This document shows, piece after piece, positions 26,770-36,401 of a stretch of 64,000 nt of DNA (position 1 is the stretch's first letter; every line of letters starts with the position of its first letter). The notes under the pieces are model-generated. The model did no database searches. It was given only the letters and a program-made list of their open reading frames with translations, and was not told where the DNA came from. Both the position numbers and the translations under genes were made by a program. The DNA is from an uncultured Pseudomonadota bacterium (lineage in GTDB: Bacteria; Pseudomonadota; Alphaproteobacteria; Rs-D84): the NCBI GenBank assembly GCA_902774285.1, contig CACYHO010000004.1:4796-68795 (forward strand), read 5' to 3'.

Positions 26770-29700
26770 TTAGAAGTTTGTTCTGAATTTCAACATACCT
26801 GTTTGAGATGTGTAATCTTCACGAACATCTATATCGTAATTTGCAGATACTTCCAAATTACCATATTGTACACCCAAACCGATACCGAATTCACCACCAA
26901 CGCGGTTCAAACGTTCACCATCTAATGTGTAAGCATTTACACCAGGCATTGTGACTGTTGCCACGTTTTTATCGGACATCAAGTCATATTTGATACCAGC
27001 ATTTAATTGTGGGACAAACGTTGTATGTTTATTTGCAACAACTTTGAATGTGTATTTAGCACCCAATATACCTGTCAGATAATCTGCATCATCCATATGA
27101 GTTTTTACACCATATGAATTTGCATAATCATCAGCTGTTACATGCATATAACGCAACCCCAATTCAGGTGTTATACCATTCTTGAAATCATACCCTGTTG
27201 CCAATGACCCACCGAAAGAATCAACACTGTAATCACCAAATACCATAGTATTATCAACAACAGTTCCTTTTTCGGAATAATCAGATGAAGTATAATTTGC
27301 GATGGCATTCAAATACCATTGTGCTGGTTTATATTGACCGTATACGAATACAGTGTTTGAATCAACTTCTGTATCACGTGCAGATCCATTGATATCTGAA
27401 TGAGCATAAGAATAACCAGCACCAATTGTCCAATGTTTATTCAAAGTTCCATCTAAACCAAGTGCGATTCCGCGTGTATAACCGCTGAACGCGTCGTTTT
27501 GTTTAGATTTGTTGAACAATCCTTGGGCCCAAACACCACCAGAAGTTAATTTAACATCACCACCGTTACGGCCGACTCTCATAGGTTTTGCCATACGAGT
27601 TGAAGCTAAGTTGACAACTGTGTTTTGAACAGATGAAGCGACAGATTGTGTAACAGATTCTTTTTCAGGATGTATTGCTTTTGTTGCATGTTCAACTTCT
27701 GCTTTGGCAGCAGGATTTGTATCGATTTGCGCCAATTTGTCTTGCAATTTTACAGACAAATCTTTCATCTGTTGTGATGAAGAATTCGAAGCAGAATCTA
27801 TAACATTGGAAATAACCGCCGCAGATTCAACGGCAATACCGTTTTCTGATGCGATATTTTCGACGGCTTTCGTTTCAGCGGTCACATATCCACCATTCCA
27901 AGTTAAATCAAAAAGTTTACTATTGGTAAACGCTACACCTGTATCTGCATTGGTGACATTCCAAACACCACGTATAGCATCAAGTTCTGTTGTACCACCA
28001 AATACATGGTATGTTCCGGTCTCTGCCATCGTCAAAGTTAATGTACCATTGCTGCCATTAAATGTTTGCGCAATAATTTGTGCTACAGATTCATCTGAAT
28101 CAATATCATCAACCTTTGTATTCAGCGTCGCGGTCATTTCACCATTTAATGTAATTATATTCTGGGCAATTGACGTAGAATTCAAATTCAATTTTGCACC
28201 AGAATCAATTGTCAAATGACCTGTACCTGTAATACCACCATCAACTGTTGTTGTTCCAGATGTAATATTCAAAGCACCAAGATTATGGATATCATTTGCT
28301 ACATTACCAGCTTTGTTATTGCGGAATGTATGAGTTCCAACCAAATTCACTTCACCAGTCGCTTCATTATAAATCGCACCAGCATTTGCAGCTGTGTTGC
28401 CAATAAATGAAGAACTGCCGTTCAGGTTCACAAGGCCTTTGTTATAAATAGTTCCACTGCCTGCAGATGTATTATTTCTGACAATCAAACCAGAACCAAA
28501 TGTGATGTCACTGCCACCGTTATAGATTGCGGTTCCAGTATTATCAGAAACAAGGGCACCCTTACCTATCGTTACAGTATCGTCGCCGTATAATCTAAGC
28601 GCGGCACCACCAGTAGCACTAGTGACTGTATTGCTAATAAATTTTGCATTGTCACCTATTGTAATTGTTGAATTACCGGCACCAGTACTTGATGTTCTTA
28701 TTGATGCCGCTTTTTCAGATGTATTACCTCTAAATTCAACATTGTTACCAATAGTAACATTATTTGAGTTGAATAAATATAAATTACCAAAAGGTGAATA
28801 GTTGTTTGTAAACTTAACATTGTTACCAATACCGATAGTTCTAGTTACACCTGTACCTTCAGAATAAATCGCAGCACCCATTTCAGAACCACCCGATGAA
28901 ACATCCAGGTCTCCTGGTTTTATAAACGCAGAATTATTATTGAATGTTACATTACTACCAATATTTAAATTACCATAATTCGCGATAGCGCCACCTTCTA
29001 CGTTCGCATAGTTTCCATCAAAACTTGATCCATCGCTTATAGTTAATGCGCCACTGTTGTATATAGCACCACCATGTAAAGCAGTATTATTTTCGAAATC
29101 CCCACCAACTGTTAAAGTCCCGGTGTTAAATATGGCACCACCCTTACCGTTAGTGTAAGTAGCCGCTGTTTCCGATACCGGAGTGTATGTTCCGTTTGCC
29201 TTATTATTGCTGAATTTTGTAGTACCATTTACATTGACTATACCTTCGTTATAAATTGCACCACCATTTTGTGTTGCTGTGTTACCAATGAAATTCGTAC
29301 CAGCCAAATACATACTACCATTCTGGGTCCCATTTGCATGGTTGTAAATTGCGCCACCATTTGCAGCACTGTTGCCTTCGTTTTCACCGGTACCACCAAA
29401 TGTTGCATCACTTACATAAACAGAACCTTCACGTCCGACACTGTTATAGAAATTATTATCTATCGCACCACCGGTTGTTGCTGCCGAATTACCTTTGAAT
29501 GTTGTACCAGTAATATCCAATGTTGCATTAGTGTTAGTACCTTGTGTTATTTTACGTGTTGCGATTGCACCACCGACCTCATCTGATGTGTTGTTGATGA
29601 AACTGCCACCTGTAAAGGATGTCACAGAGTCAGAACCCAAGAATATTGTTCCGCCATCTTCTTCGCCAAATGTTTCATTACCCGTGAATGTCCCATTTGT

Positions 29701-31098
29701 AACAGACATTCTATCAAAGTTCGCAATCGCAGCCCCAGAACGTGCACGATTTCCGTTAAATGTAGAACCAGAAATTGTTATATAGCTTAAACCTGGTGTT
29801 TTAAGCATACCATAAACGGCACCACCAACATCCGCTTCGTTGCCAGTAAATGTCGAACCAGTGATTGTCATTTCTGCGGTATCGCCATAAACAGTGAGTG
29901 TTGAAAGCGCACCACCAAGCCCCCAACCACTGTCCGTTGTAAGTGCAGTGTTATTTCTAAATGTCGAATCAGTGATCGTCAAATTGCCCGCCGATGCAAT
30001 TGCACCGCCGACACCTTCTTTCTTATAAGTTGAAGAATCTGCTACAACTGGAACTAACACAGAATTGCCAATGAATGTTGAATCAGTAATGGTTGCCCTT
30101 CCTTTGTTATAAATCGCACCACCGCTTTTCGCAGTGTTAGCTGAAGTATCACCAAATGTTGCATTGCTTAAAGACAATGTACCTTCGTTATAGACAGCGC
30201 CACCATTTGCATCTGCAGTATTGCCATTGAAAGAATATGTACCATTGGTCATATTTACTGTTGCGTTTCTTCCATTACGCGCAATGTTGTAAATTGCACC
30301 ACCGTGAATATCAGCATGGTTACTTTCAAGTCTTGTAGTACCGTTGATTGTTAATGTTGCATCACCATCATAATCAACCGCACGGTTCATAATTGCACCA
30401 CCATTGGTTTTTGAAGAATTGCTTATAAACCAATTGTTACCATATGTTCTACCAATAACCATATCAGCATCGATTGGGTTTTGGTTTTCTGCAGTTGATC
30501 CTTCTATTTCATAAGATTGGTTTGCAACTGCACCACCACCAGTTTTATATAATCTGCCTTCCTCAACCGTTGCATTCATGTGGTTACTCATAAATGAATT
30601 CAGATTGGTAGCCAAAAAAGAAACCGAACCACCAGTTGAAAAAACAGCACCACCACTTGCACTGGTTGCACTTGATAACACCTGATTACCCATAAAACTA
30701 ATAGTATTAGATTCTAATAAAACTTTATCAGAAGAGCCGTGTTCGGTACCATGACCGTATGATTGGTCTTTGAAATACAAACCCGCACCATGCGATGTAG
30801 ATTTATTCCCAGAGAAAGTCAAAGTTCCACCTGTGCTGTAAATAGAACCGCCACCATTAACAGTCAAAGCACCATAATCAGATGTTAAATAATTAAATGT
30901 TGTATTGCCTTCTATTGTCAGTGAGTCCCCGTTTGGCAAAGTATATGGTTCTTCAACATTACCTGAAATATGTACTTCGCTAGCCATCACAGGCATGGTA
31001 ATCAAACCCAATGCGATTGCATTACATAAAATACCATGACGCAGAACAGCGCGATACGCCGCGGTTAATTCTTTTAATGTGGTTTTGGATTGTTTCAT
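26770..31098 (-). CDS. Type Va autotransporter with a polymorphic-membrane-protein (Pmp)-type repeat passenger
   Basis: 1442 aa. Extended signal region MKQSKTTLKELTAAYRAVLRHGILCNAIALGLITMPVMA. More than a dozen GGA[IV]xN and FxxN repeats. The C-terminal beta-barrel ends in ...LKFRTNF. Confidence 0.88.
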   Translation of the reverse strand: MKQSKTTLKELTAAYRAVLRHGILCNAIALGLITMPVMASEVHISGNVEEPYTLPNGDSLTIEGNTTFNYLTSDYGALTVNGGGSIYSTGGTLTFSGNKSTSHGAGLYFKDQSYGHGTEHGSSDKVLLESNTISFMGNQVLSSATSASGGAVFSTGGSVSFLATNLNSFMSNHMNATVEEGRLYKTGGGAVANQSYEIEGSTAENQNPIDADMVIGRTYGNNWFISNSSKTNGGAIMNRAVDYDGDATLTINGTTRLESNHADIHGGAIYNIARNGRNATVNMTNGTYSFNGNTADANGGAVYNEGTLSLSNATFGDTSANTAKSGGAIYNKGRATITDSTFIGNSVLVPVVADSSTYKKEGVGGAIASAGNLTITDSTFRNNTALTTDSGWGLGGALSTLTVYGDTAEMTITGSTFTGNEADVGGAVYGMLKTPGLSYITISGSTFNGNRARSGAAIANFDRMSVTNGTFTGNETFGEEDGGTIFLGSDSVTSFTGGSFINNTSDEVGGAIATRKITQGTNTNATLDITGTTFKGNSAATTGGAIDNNFYNSVGREGSVYVSDATFGGTGENEGNSAANGGAIYNHANGTQNGSMYLAGTNFIGNTATQNGGAIYNEGIVNVNGTTKFSNNKANGTYTPVSETAATYTNGKGGAIFNTGTLTVGGDFENNTALHGGAIYNSGALTISDGSSFDGNYANVEGGAIANYGNLNIGSNVTFNNNSAFIKPGDLDVSSGGSEMGAAIYSEGTGVTRTIGIGNNVKFTNNYSPFGNLYLFNSNNVTIGNNVEFRGNTSEKAASIRTSSTGAGNSTITIGDNAKFISNTVTSATGGAALRLYGDDTVTIGKGALVSDNTGTAIYNGGSDITFGSGLIVRNNTSAGSGTIYNKGLVNLNGSSSFIGNTAANAGAIYNEATGEVNLVGTHTFRNNKAGNVANDIHNLGALNITSGTTTVDGGITGTGHLTIDSGAKLNLNSTSIAQNIITLNGEMTATLNTKVDDIDSDESVAQIIAQTFNGSNGTLTLTMAETGTYHVFGGTTELDAIRGVWNVTNADTGVAFTNSKLFDLTWNGGYVTAETKAVENIASENGIAVESAAVISNVIDSASNSSSQQMKDLSVKLQDKLAQIDTNPAAKAEVEHATKAIHPEKESVTQSVASSVQNTVVNLASTRMAKPMRVGRNGGDVKLTSGGVWAQGLFNKSKQNDAFSGYTRGIALGLDGTLNKHWTIGAGYSYAHSDINGSARDTEVDSNTVFVYGQYKPAQWYLNAIANYTSSDYSEKGTVVDNTMVFGDYSVDSFGGSLATGYDFKNGITPELGLRYMHVTADDYANSYGVKTHMDDADYLTGILGAKYTFKVVANKHTTFVPQLNAGIKYDLMSDKNVATVTMPGVNAYTLDGERLNRVGGEFGIGLGVQYGNLEVSANYDIDVREDYTSQTGMLKFRTNF

Positions 31099-31197
31099 AA
31101 GCGCTCTCCTTTCTTATTAATAATAAGCGTAGAACACCAAACAAAATACTGCAAGTTTTTTTATTGGGAATAAACACGCACACAAAAAAATATTTAA

Positions 31198-31225
31198 TTG
31201 AAAAACGAAATATTATATATATAAT
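31198..31225 (+). promoter_or_regulatory. Promoter of tRNA-Gln (TTGAAA-16-TATAAT)
   Basis: TTGAAA at 31198-31203 and TATAAT at 31220-31225. The -10 ends 14 nt upstream of the tRNA 5' end. Confidence 0.5.
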
Positions 31226-31239
31226 AATGAAAGTTTTTC

Positions 31240-31313
31240 TGGGGCATAGTTTAATGGTAGAACATCGGACTCTGACTCCGCTAGTGTTGGTTCGAATCCA
31301 GCTGCCCCAACCA
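31240..31313 (+). tRNA. tRNA-Gln (anticodon CUG), CCA encoded
   Basis: Hand-folded. Acceptor TGGGGCA/TGCCCCA with the U1-A72 pair typical of bacterial tRNA-Gln. Anticodon loop CTCTGAC, T-arm GTTGG-TTCGAAT-CCAGC, 3' ACCA. Confidence 0.88.
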
Positions 31314-31354
31314 AGATAAAATCAAAATGCCCTTGTGGCATTTTTATTTTATCC

Positions 31355-31495
31355 GAGGCAGCTGGATGCGCCAGAGCGCAGTGCATGGCATATACGAAGA
31401 CGAACAATTAACAACCATTCAAAAACGGATATGTTTAATAGAGTTTTTGTTTATGGTTGGTTTATTGTTTGTCGAAGACGCAGCTGCCCCAACCA
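31355..31495. repeat. tRNA-end-bracketed element, copy 2 (113-bp core at 31364-31476)
   Basis: The core has 3 mismatches to 3585-3697. The left flank 31355-31366 is the reverse complement of tRNA-Gln 31297-31308 (11/12). The right flank 31481-31495 is a direct 15/15 copy of tRNA-Gln 31299-31313. Confidence 0.85.
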
Positions 31496-31549
31496 CAGTT
31501 AACAAAATGCTCTTCGTGGCATTTTTTGTTTGGAATACAAGTTTTTGGC

Positions 31550-31602
31550 GAGTTCGAAAGTTTGTTCTTGAATTTTTATGTCGTTATTAACACTTTCGAA
31601 CT
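31550..31602. repeat. Hairpin module C
   Basis: Perfect 11-bp arms AGTTCGAAAGT (31551-31561) and ACTTTCGAACT (31592-31602). Same family as modules A and B near tRNA-Pro. Confidence 0.7.
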
Positions 31603-31687
31603 ACTAATAAATCACTAAAAACATTCGAACCAAGTAAAACATTTCAAAACCAACCTAAAACCGCTTTAAATATTTTATTTGTCTATC

Positions 31688-31711
31688 TTGGTTGGGGTGT
31701 GCGGGCGAAAC
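31688..31711. repeat. Left arm of a perfect 24-bp inverted repeat
   Basis: TTGGTTGGGGTGTGCGGGCGAAAC is the exact reverse complement of 33142-33165. It is GC-rich relative to its surroundings. Confidence 0.9.
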
Positions 31712-31717
31712 TTAAAA

Positions 31718-32881
31718 CTACTGTTGTAATTTTTTTATCAATTCAACAGGATTAACCAATACACATTTTGCTTTTTCGCTATAATAACCAGTTTCTAATC
31801 CTACCTTGAAGAATTCTTCTGGTGTAACACTTGGCTTTGCTTGTTTCGCCAGAACATATAATCCTGCTTCAAAAGGTTTCATCCAAGACCAACCACCATT
31901 TGCATAATGGACATAATCATTAATACCATTTGGAGCAGCAGTTGTTCTATGATCCATTGGGAAGCATAATGTATTTTGTTGCGCTTCTATTGGCATATTT
32001 CTACCAGATTGCCAATTCGTTTGTTTATAAGATTCAAAATTATCTGGGTCTTGCGATACTAATCTATAAACACCGTTATCATTAAATCCATATTCTTTAC
32101 CAATGCTTGTTGTTGTTACAAAAATACCAGCTTGTTTTGCTTTTTCTAATGCAACATTCCATATTTCTGGGTCACGAGACCAATCAGGAGCAGCAGACAC
32201 AGACACAACAACAATCTTTTCATTTTCTGGTAATGTTTTATTGATTTCTATTATTTTTTCCAATGCAGAAGCATTATATTTGGAAGTTCTGCTTTTGACT
32301 TCATCATTTTGAAATTGTCCATCGGTTAAATCAGCAGCAAAATAATATAGTTTTGCTTTTGGTGCAACACCAACCGTTTTTCCAACAGCTATTGAAGATA
32401 CGGCAGAACCATGCATTTCACCTTCATTGTTCATATGTTTTTCATTTAAAAATTCCTCATAATAAACAAGATTGTCATTATATTCATCATGTGGTGATAA
32501 TGGTTGGTCTATGATAGCCATTGACATGCCAGACCCATCAATCCCCATTTCGTGTAATTTACGAACATTTAAACCAGGATTTTTATGTTTTTCCATTATA
32601 GAATATGAATTAAAATCCACGGGCATTTTTGAAATATCTGTTGGAAATCTTGTTCCATTATCAAATGTAATTTGTTCTGCATTATATTGTGACAAGTTTT
32701 TATTTGCACAGTTTGTAGATCTGATATCTAAATCTTGTGTTCCTTCGGAAAGAGTCGGTTCTTTATTTTGCATAAAAGAATAATTAGCATAAGGTGCCAG
32801 TTTAGAAATCACCTTATTATCATATGCATATGCACCACAGCAAATAAACATAGATATTACTAAACAACATGGATTTTTCAT
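31718..32881 (-). CDS. Secreted subtilisin-like (S8) serine peptidase-like protein
   Basis: Signal MKNPCCLVISMFICCGAYA. Triad-like strings in D-H-S order: MAIIDQP, EMHGSAVSSIAVG, and GGWSWMKPFEAG (compare GTSMAAPHVAG). Confidence 0.6.
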   Translation of the reverse strand: MKNPCCLVISMFICCGAYAYDNKVISKLAPYANYSFMQNKEPTLSEGTQDLDIRSTNCANKNLSQYNAEQITFDNGTRFPTDISKMPVDFNSYSIMEKHKNPGLNVRKLHEMGIDGSGMSMAIIDQPLSPHDEYNDNLVYYEEFLNEKHMNNEGEMHGSAVSSIAVGKTVGVAPKAKLYYFAADLTDGQFQNDEVKSRTSKYNASALEKIIEINKTLPENEKIVVVSVSAAPDWSRDPEIWNVALEKAKQAGIFVTTTSIGKEYGFNDNGVYRLVSQDPDNFESYKQTNWQSGRNMPIEAQQNTLCFPMDHRTTAAPNGINDYVHYANGGWSWMKPFEAGLYVLAKQAKPSVTPEEFFKVGLETGYYSEKAKCVLVNPVELIKKLQQ

Positions 32882-33084
32882 TTCCTTTTTCCTTTTTTTA
32901 CATTTCTTAATTTATAGTCTATAATCGCACAAGCATATCCCAGACCCAGAAACATAAATTCAATAATCCAAACATAAAAAGTACTCAATAAATTGTGTCC
33001 TATAAAATAATCAGTTATTTCGAAAGCAATAGCTAATAGAAAAGCCCATCCAAACCAAATTAAAAATTTTTGCTTTTTATTCAT
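32878..33084 (-). CDS. Small two-TM membrane protein (hypothetical)
   Basis: 68 aa. Overlaps the downstream S8-like gene start by 4 nt, which suggests an operon. Confidence 0.5.
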   Translation of the reverse strand: MNKKQKFLIWFGWAFLLAIAFEITDYFIGHNLLSTFYVWIIEFMFLGLGYACAIIDYKLRNVKKGKRK

Positions 33085-33141
33085 TTTTTCTCTTCATATT
33101 TGTGGGTATTATATCACAAAAACGGCACAATAACAACTCGC

Positions 33142-33165
33142 GTTTCGCCCGCACACCCCAACCAA
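33142..33165. repeat. Right arm of the perfect 24-bp inverted repeat
   Basis: GTTTCGCCCGCACACCCCAACCAA. Its outer 10 nt, CCCCAACCAA, are identical to the tRNA-Gln 3' end plus one base (31305-31314). Confidence 0.9.
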
Positions 33166-33184
33166 ATTTCCCTGATTTCTCAGA

Positions 33185-33910
33185 CTATTTAAACAATTTC
33201 AAATTATAAAAGTTTGTATGTTCGGCGTTTGGAATTAATTTTATATCCGATTCGTTTGCCCATGTTTTTGCCAATTCATACGGAACAATGTCATCGCGTT
33301 CACCAACAAAATGAATTTGTTTTACATTTGGCAAAGTTTCCATGTTTAACGATTCACTTAAATCAGCATCGCCAAAATATTTTGTCCATTTTTTATGGTT
33401 CAAAACACCAGCAACAGTTATCCATTTATCAACCTTTAATTTTGGATTCTGTTCGATTATCAATCCAGAAATCATTGCCCCACCCGAATATCCAATCAAA
33501 GTTATTTTTCTATTTCCAGCAATTTGTTTTATTGCCATCGATTCGGCATCTATGATTTTTTGTGAAAAGCGTCCTGTTGTCCAATCCGATTCGTTGCACG
33601 AATCATTTTCTATAAACTGACATGGACGCGCCATATAAACCACATTTTCAAAATTATCACGCGCTGCCAAATCACGAACAAAAGTTCCGCGTGGTGTTGG
33701 GTCGCTGTTTGGTTGGCCGTATGCGTTAAATGCGTTGCCGTCACCTTCGATATATATATGTATGTTATTATTGTTTGGATTATTTATTTTTTGCCATGTG
33801 GCAATTTCATAATGTTCTGTTTTGATTGGGGTATACGTAAAGTCATCTGGCACTTTCCAACCCTGCCCCGCGCAACCAAATAACAATAAAACTAACAATA
33901 ATTTTTTCAT
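33185..33910 (-). CDS. Alpha/beta-hydrolase lipoprotein
   Basis: Signal plus lipobox LLLFGCA. Nucleophile elbow GYSGGA. Late Asp/His candidates (GERDDIVP, NAEHTNF). Confidence 0.65.
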   Translation of the reverse strand: MKKLLLVLLLFGCAGQGWKVPDDFTYTPIKTEHYEIATWQKINNPNNNNIHIYIEGDGNAFNAYGQPNSDPTPRGTFVRDLAARDNFENVVYMARPCQFIENDSCNESDWTTGRFSQKIIDAESMAIKQIAGNRKITLIGYSGGAMISGLIIEQNPKLKVDKWITVAGVLNHKKWTKYFGDADLSESLNMETLPNVKQIHFVGERDDIVPYELAKTWANESDIKLIPNAEHTNFYNLKLFK

Positions 33911-34014
33911 ACCATTATATTTACATTTTTATAAATTTTGGTCAATGGTTCCTGGAAAAGAAATTTTTTTGTGATATAATTTCGCCAAAATAAAACTAAC
34001 CAAAAGGAATAATT

Positions 34015-35253
34015 ATGAAAATTAAACCATTTGCAGGTGTTCGTCCACCAAAAGAAATCGCCAACGAAGTTGCTTCACGTCCTTATGATGTTTTGAATTC
34101 TGTGGAAGCAAAAGCGGAAGCCGGTGAAAAATCTTTATTGCATATTATCAAACCAGAAATTGATTTTGATCCGATTGCCGATGAACACGAACAAAAAACT
34201 TATGACAAAGCGGTTGAAAACTTCAAACTATGGCAAGAACGTGGTTGGTTAAAGCAAGATGAAAAAGAAATGTATTATATCTATGCGCAAACCATGGATG
34301 GACGCACTCAATATGGTCTGGTTGCCGCTGCTAATGTTGATGATTATATGACAAACAAAATCAAAAAACATGAATTGACCCGCAAAGACAAAGAAGACGA
34401 TCGTATGATTCATGTTCGCATTCAAAACGCAAATTTGGAACCTGTGTTTTTTGCTTACCCAGATGTTGATGAAATGAATAAATTGGTTTCTGATTGGATT
34501 GCAACACACGAACCAGAATATGATTATGTCGCCGAAGACGGTTTTGGCCACACTTTCTGGAAAATCGATGATGATTCTGTCAATGCACATATCACTGAAA
34601 TATTTGCAAATGTTCCTGCGTTCTATGTTGCAGATGGACACCACAGAACAGCGGCTGCTGCACGTGTCGGATTGGAAAAGAAAGAACAAAATCCAAATCA
34701 CACCGGAAACGAAGAATACAATTATTTCCTGGCGGTGATATTCCCAGAATCACAATTAAAAGTTATCGATTACAACCGCGTGGTAAAAGATTTGAACGGT
34801 TTATCTGAATCTGAATTTTTGAACAAATTGTCTGAATCTTTCGATGTTGTTGAAATGGGTGCCGATATATATCATCCAAATAAATTACATAACTTTGCAA
34901 TGTATCTGGGTGGCAAATGGTATTCATTAACCGCTAAACCAGGCACATATAACGACAACGATCCAATCGGGGTTTTGGATGTGACAGTATTATCTAATTT
35001 GGTATTTGATAAAATATTAAACCTGGGCGATTTACGTACATCAAAACGCATTGATTTTGTTGGCGGAATTCGCGGCCTGGGTGAATTACAAAAACGCGTA
35101 GACAGTGGTGAAATGGCTGTGGCATTTGCCCTGTTCCCAGTTACTATGCGTCAAATTATTGACATTGCAGATACTGGCAATATTATGCCACCAAAGACAA
35201 CTTGGTTTGAACCAAAGTTACGCAGTGGTTTGGTAATTCATAAATTATCATAA
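34015..35253 (+). CDS. DUF1015-family protein
   Basis: MKIKPFAGVRPPKE ... RPYDVL ... FYVADGHHR ... TWFEPKLRSGL pattern characteristic of DUF1015. Confidence 0.8.
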   Translation: MKIKPFAGVRPPKEIANEVASRPYDVLNSVEAKAEAGEKSLLHIIKPEIDFDPIADEHEQKTYDKAVENFKLWQERGWLKQDEKEMYYIYAQTMDGRTQYGLVAAANVDDYMTNKIKKHELTRKDKEDDRMIHVRIQNANLEPVFFAYPDVDEMNKLVSDWIATHEPEYDYVAEDGFGHTFWKIDDDSVNAHITEIFANVPAFYVADGHHRTAAAARVGLEKKEQNPNHTGNEEYNYFLAVIFPESQLKVIDYNRVVKDLNGLSESEFLNKLSESFDVVEMGADIYHPNKLHNFAMYLGGKWYSLTAKPGTYNDNDPIGVLDVTVLSNLVFDKILNLGDLRTSKRIDFVGGIRGLGELQKRVDSGEMAVAFALFPVTMRQIIDIADTGNIMPPKTTWFEPKLRSGLVIHKLS

Positions 35254-35260
35254 AAAAAAC

Positions 35261-35287
35261 ACCGCCCAATTGGGCGGTCTTTTTTTA
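35261..35287. terminator. Bidirectional terminator hairpin
   Basis: ACCGCCC-aatt-GGGCGGT flanked by an A-run and a T-run. Confidence 0.7.
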
Positions 35288-35297
35288 TTCATTTTTA

Positions 35298-35741
35298 TTA
35301 AAATGGAATATCATCTGCAATATCTTCGATATTAACTTCTTCGTGTGAAGCAGCCGCAGGTGCAGATTCAGACGTACCGTCTACCGCTTTAGCACCAGAC
35401 AAAATAACCATCTGACCAGAATATGGATTCAAAACAACTTCCGTTGTGAAAGTATCAACACCCTGTTGGTTTTGCCATTTACGTGTGCGAAGCGCACCTT
35501 CCAGATACAATTTTGTACCCTTTTGCAACATACGTTCTGCGACATCAACCAAAGATGGATTGAAAATCACAACACGATGCCATTCTGTTTGTTCCTTTTG
35601 TTCGCCTGTTTGTCTGTCACGCCATCTGTCAGATGTTGCAAGTGAAAAAGTTACAACTTTTTGACCAGACTGCATTGTGCGAACCTGAGGTTCTTGACCG
35701 ATATTACCAACTAATATTACTTTGTTTATACTTCCTGCCAT
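35298..35741 (-). CDS. ssb: Single-stranded DNA-binding protein
   Basis: N-terminal OB fold (INKVILVGNIGQEPQVR, TEWHRVVIF). Acidic tail ends in DDIPF. Confidence 0.96.
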   Translation of the reverse strand: MAGSINKVILVGNIGQEPQVRTMQSGQKVVTFSLATSDRWRDRQTGEQKEQTEWHRVVIFNPSLVDVAERMLQKGTKLYLEGALRTRKWQNQQGVDTFTTEVVLNPYSGQMVILSGAKAVDGTSESAPAAASHEEVNIEDIADDIPF

Positions 35742-35834
35742 ATTCGTTTCCTTTGTTTAATCTGTAATTTAATGATTGCGGAAAAAATCTATAAATACAA
35801 GAAAAAAACGCGCCATACAAAATGGCGCGCAAAA

Positions 35835-36401
35835 TTATTCTTCGTCCGATTCGTCCGACTCAATTTCTTCGTCTTCATCAACAGCATTCAAATCGATTTC
35901 TTTTGGCACACCTAAAATATCTTCGATTTTTTCGGATGCAGCATCTAAATCCATCTTGTGCAAAACCGCAAATTCTTGTGCCATTCTTTCAAGCGCACGC
36001 AAATATAGTTGACGCGCAGAAAATGTCATCGTATCGGCGGCACTGCGACGTTGTAAATCACGAACAACTTCAGCCAATTTCATTGGGTCACCAGAATTGA
36101 TGTTTTCTTCATACTGAGCCGCGCGACGCGCCCAAATCATACGCTTTGCACCTGCTTTACCTTTTGCAGAAGCAATCGCTTCATCCAATTTTTTGGCACT
36201 GCTTAATGGACGCAAACCAGATAATTCAGCACGATCAACCGGGACACGCAAAGTCATATGATTTCTTTCGAAATCAATAACCATCATTTTAATTTTTTGA
36301 TCGCCGATTGTTTGTTCTTCGACACGCAATAATTTACCAACACCCTGGGTTGGGTAAACAACATATTGGCCTGACTTAAAATCTAATTTTTTAGTTGGCA
36401 T
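35835..36401 (-). CDS. carD: CarD/CdnL-family transcriptional regulator
   Basis: FKSGQYVVYPTQGVGKLLRVEEQ ... MTLRVPVDR, plus an acidic C-terminal tail. Confidence 0.88.
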   Translation of the reverse strand: MPTKKLDFKSGQYVVYPTQGVGKLLRVEEQTIGDQKIKMMVIDFERNHMTLRVPVDRAELSGLRPLSSAKKLDEAIASAKGKAGAKRMIWARRAAQYEENINSGDPMKLAEVVRDLQRRSAADTMTFSARQLYLRALERMAQEFAVLHKMDLDAASEKIEDILGVPKEIDLNAVDEDEEIESDESDEE

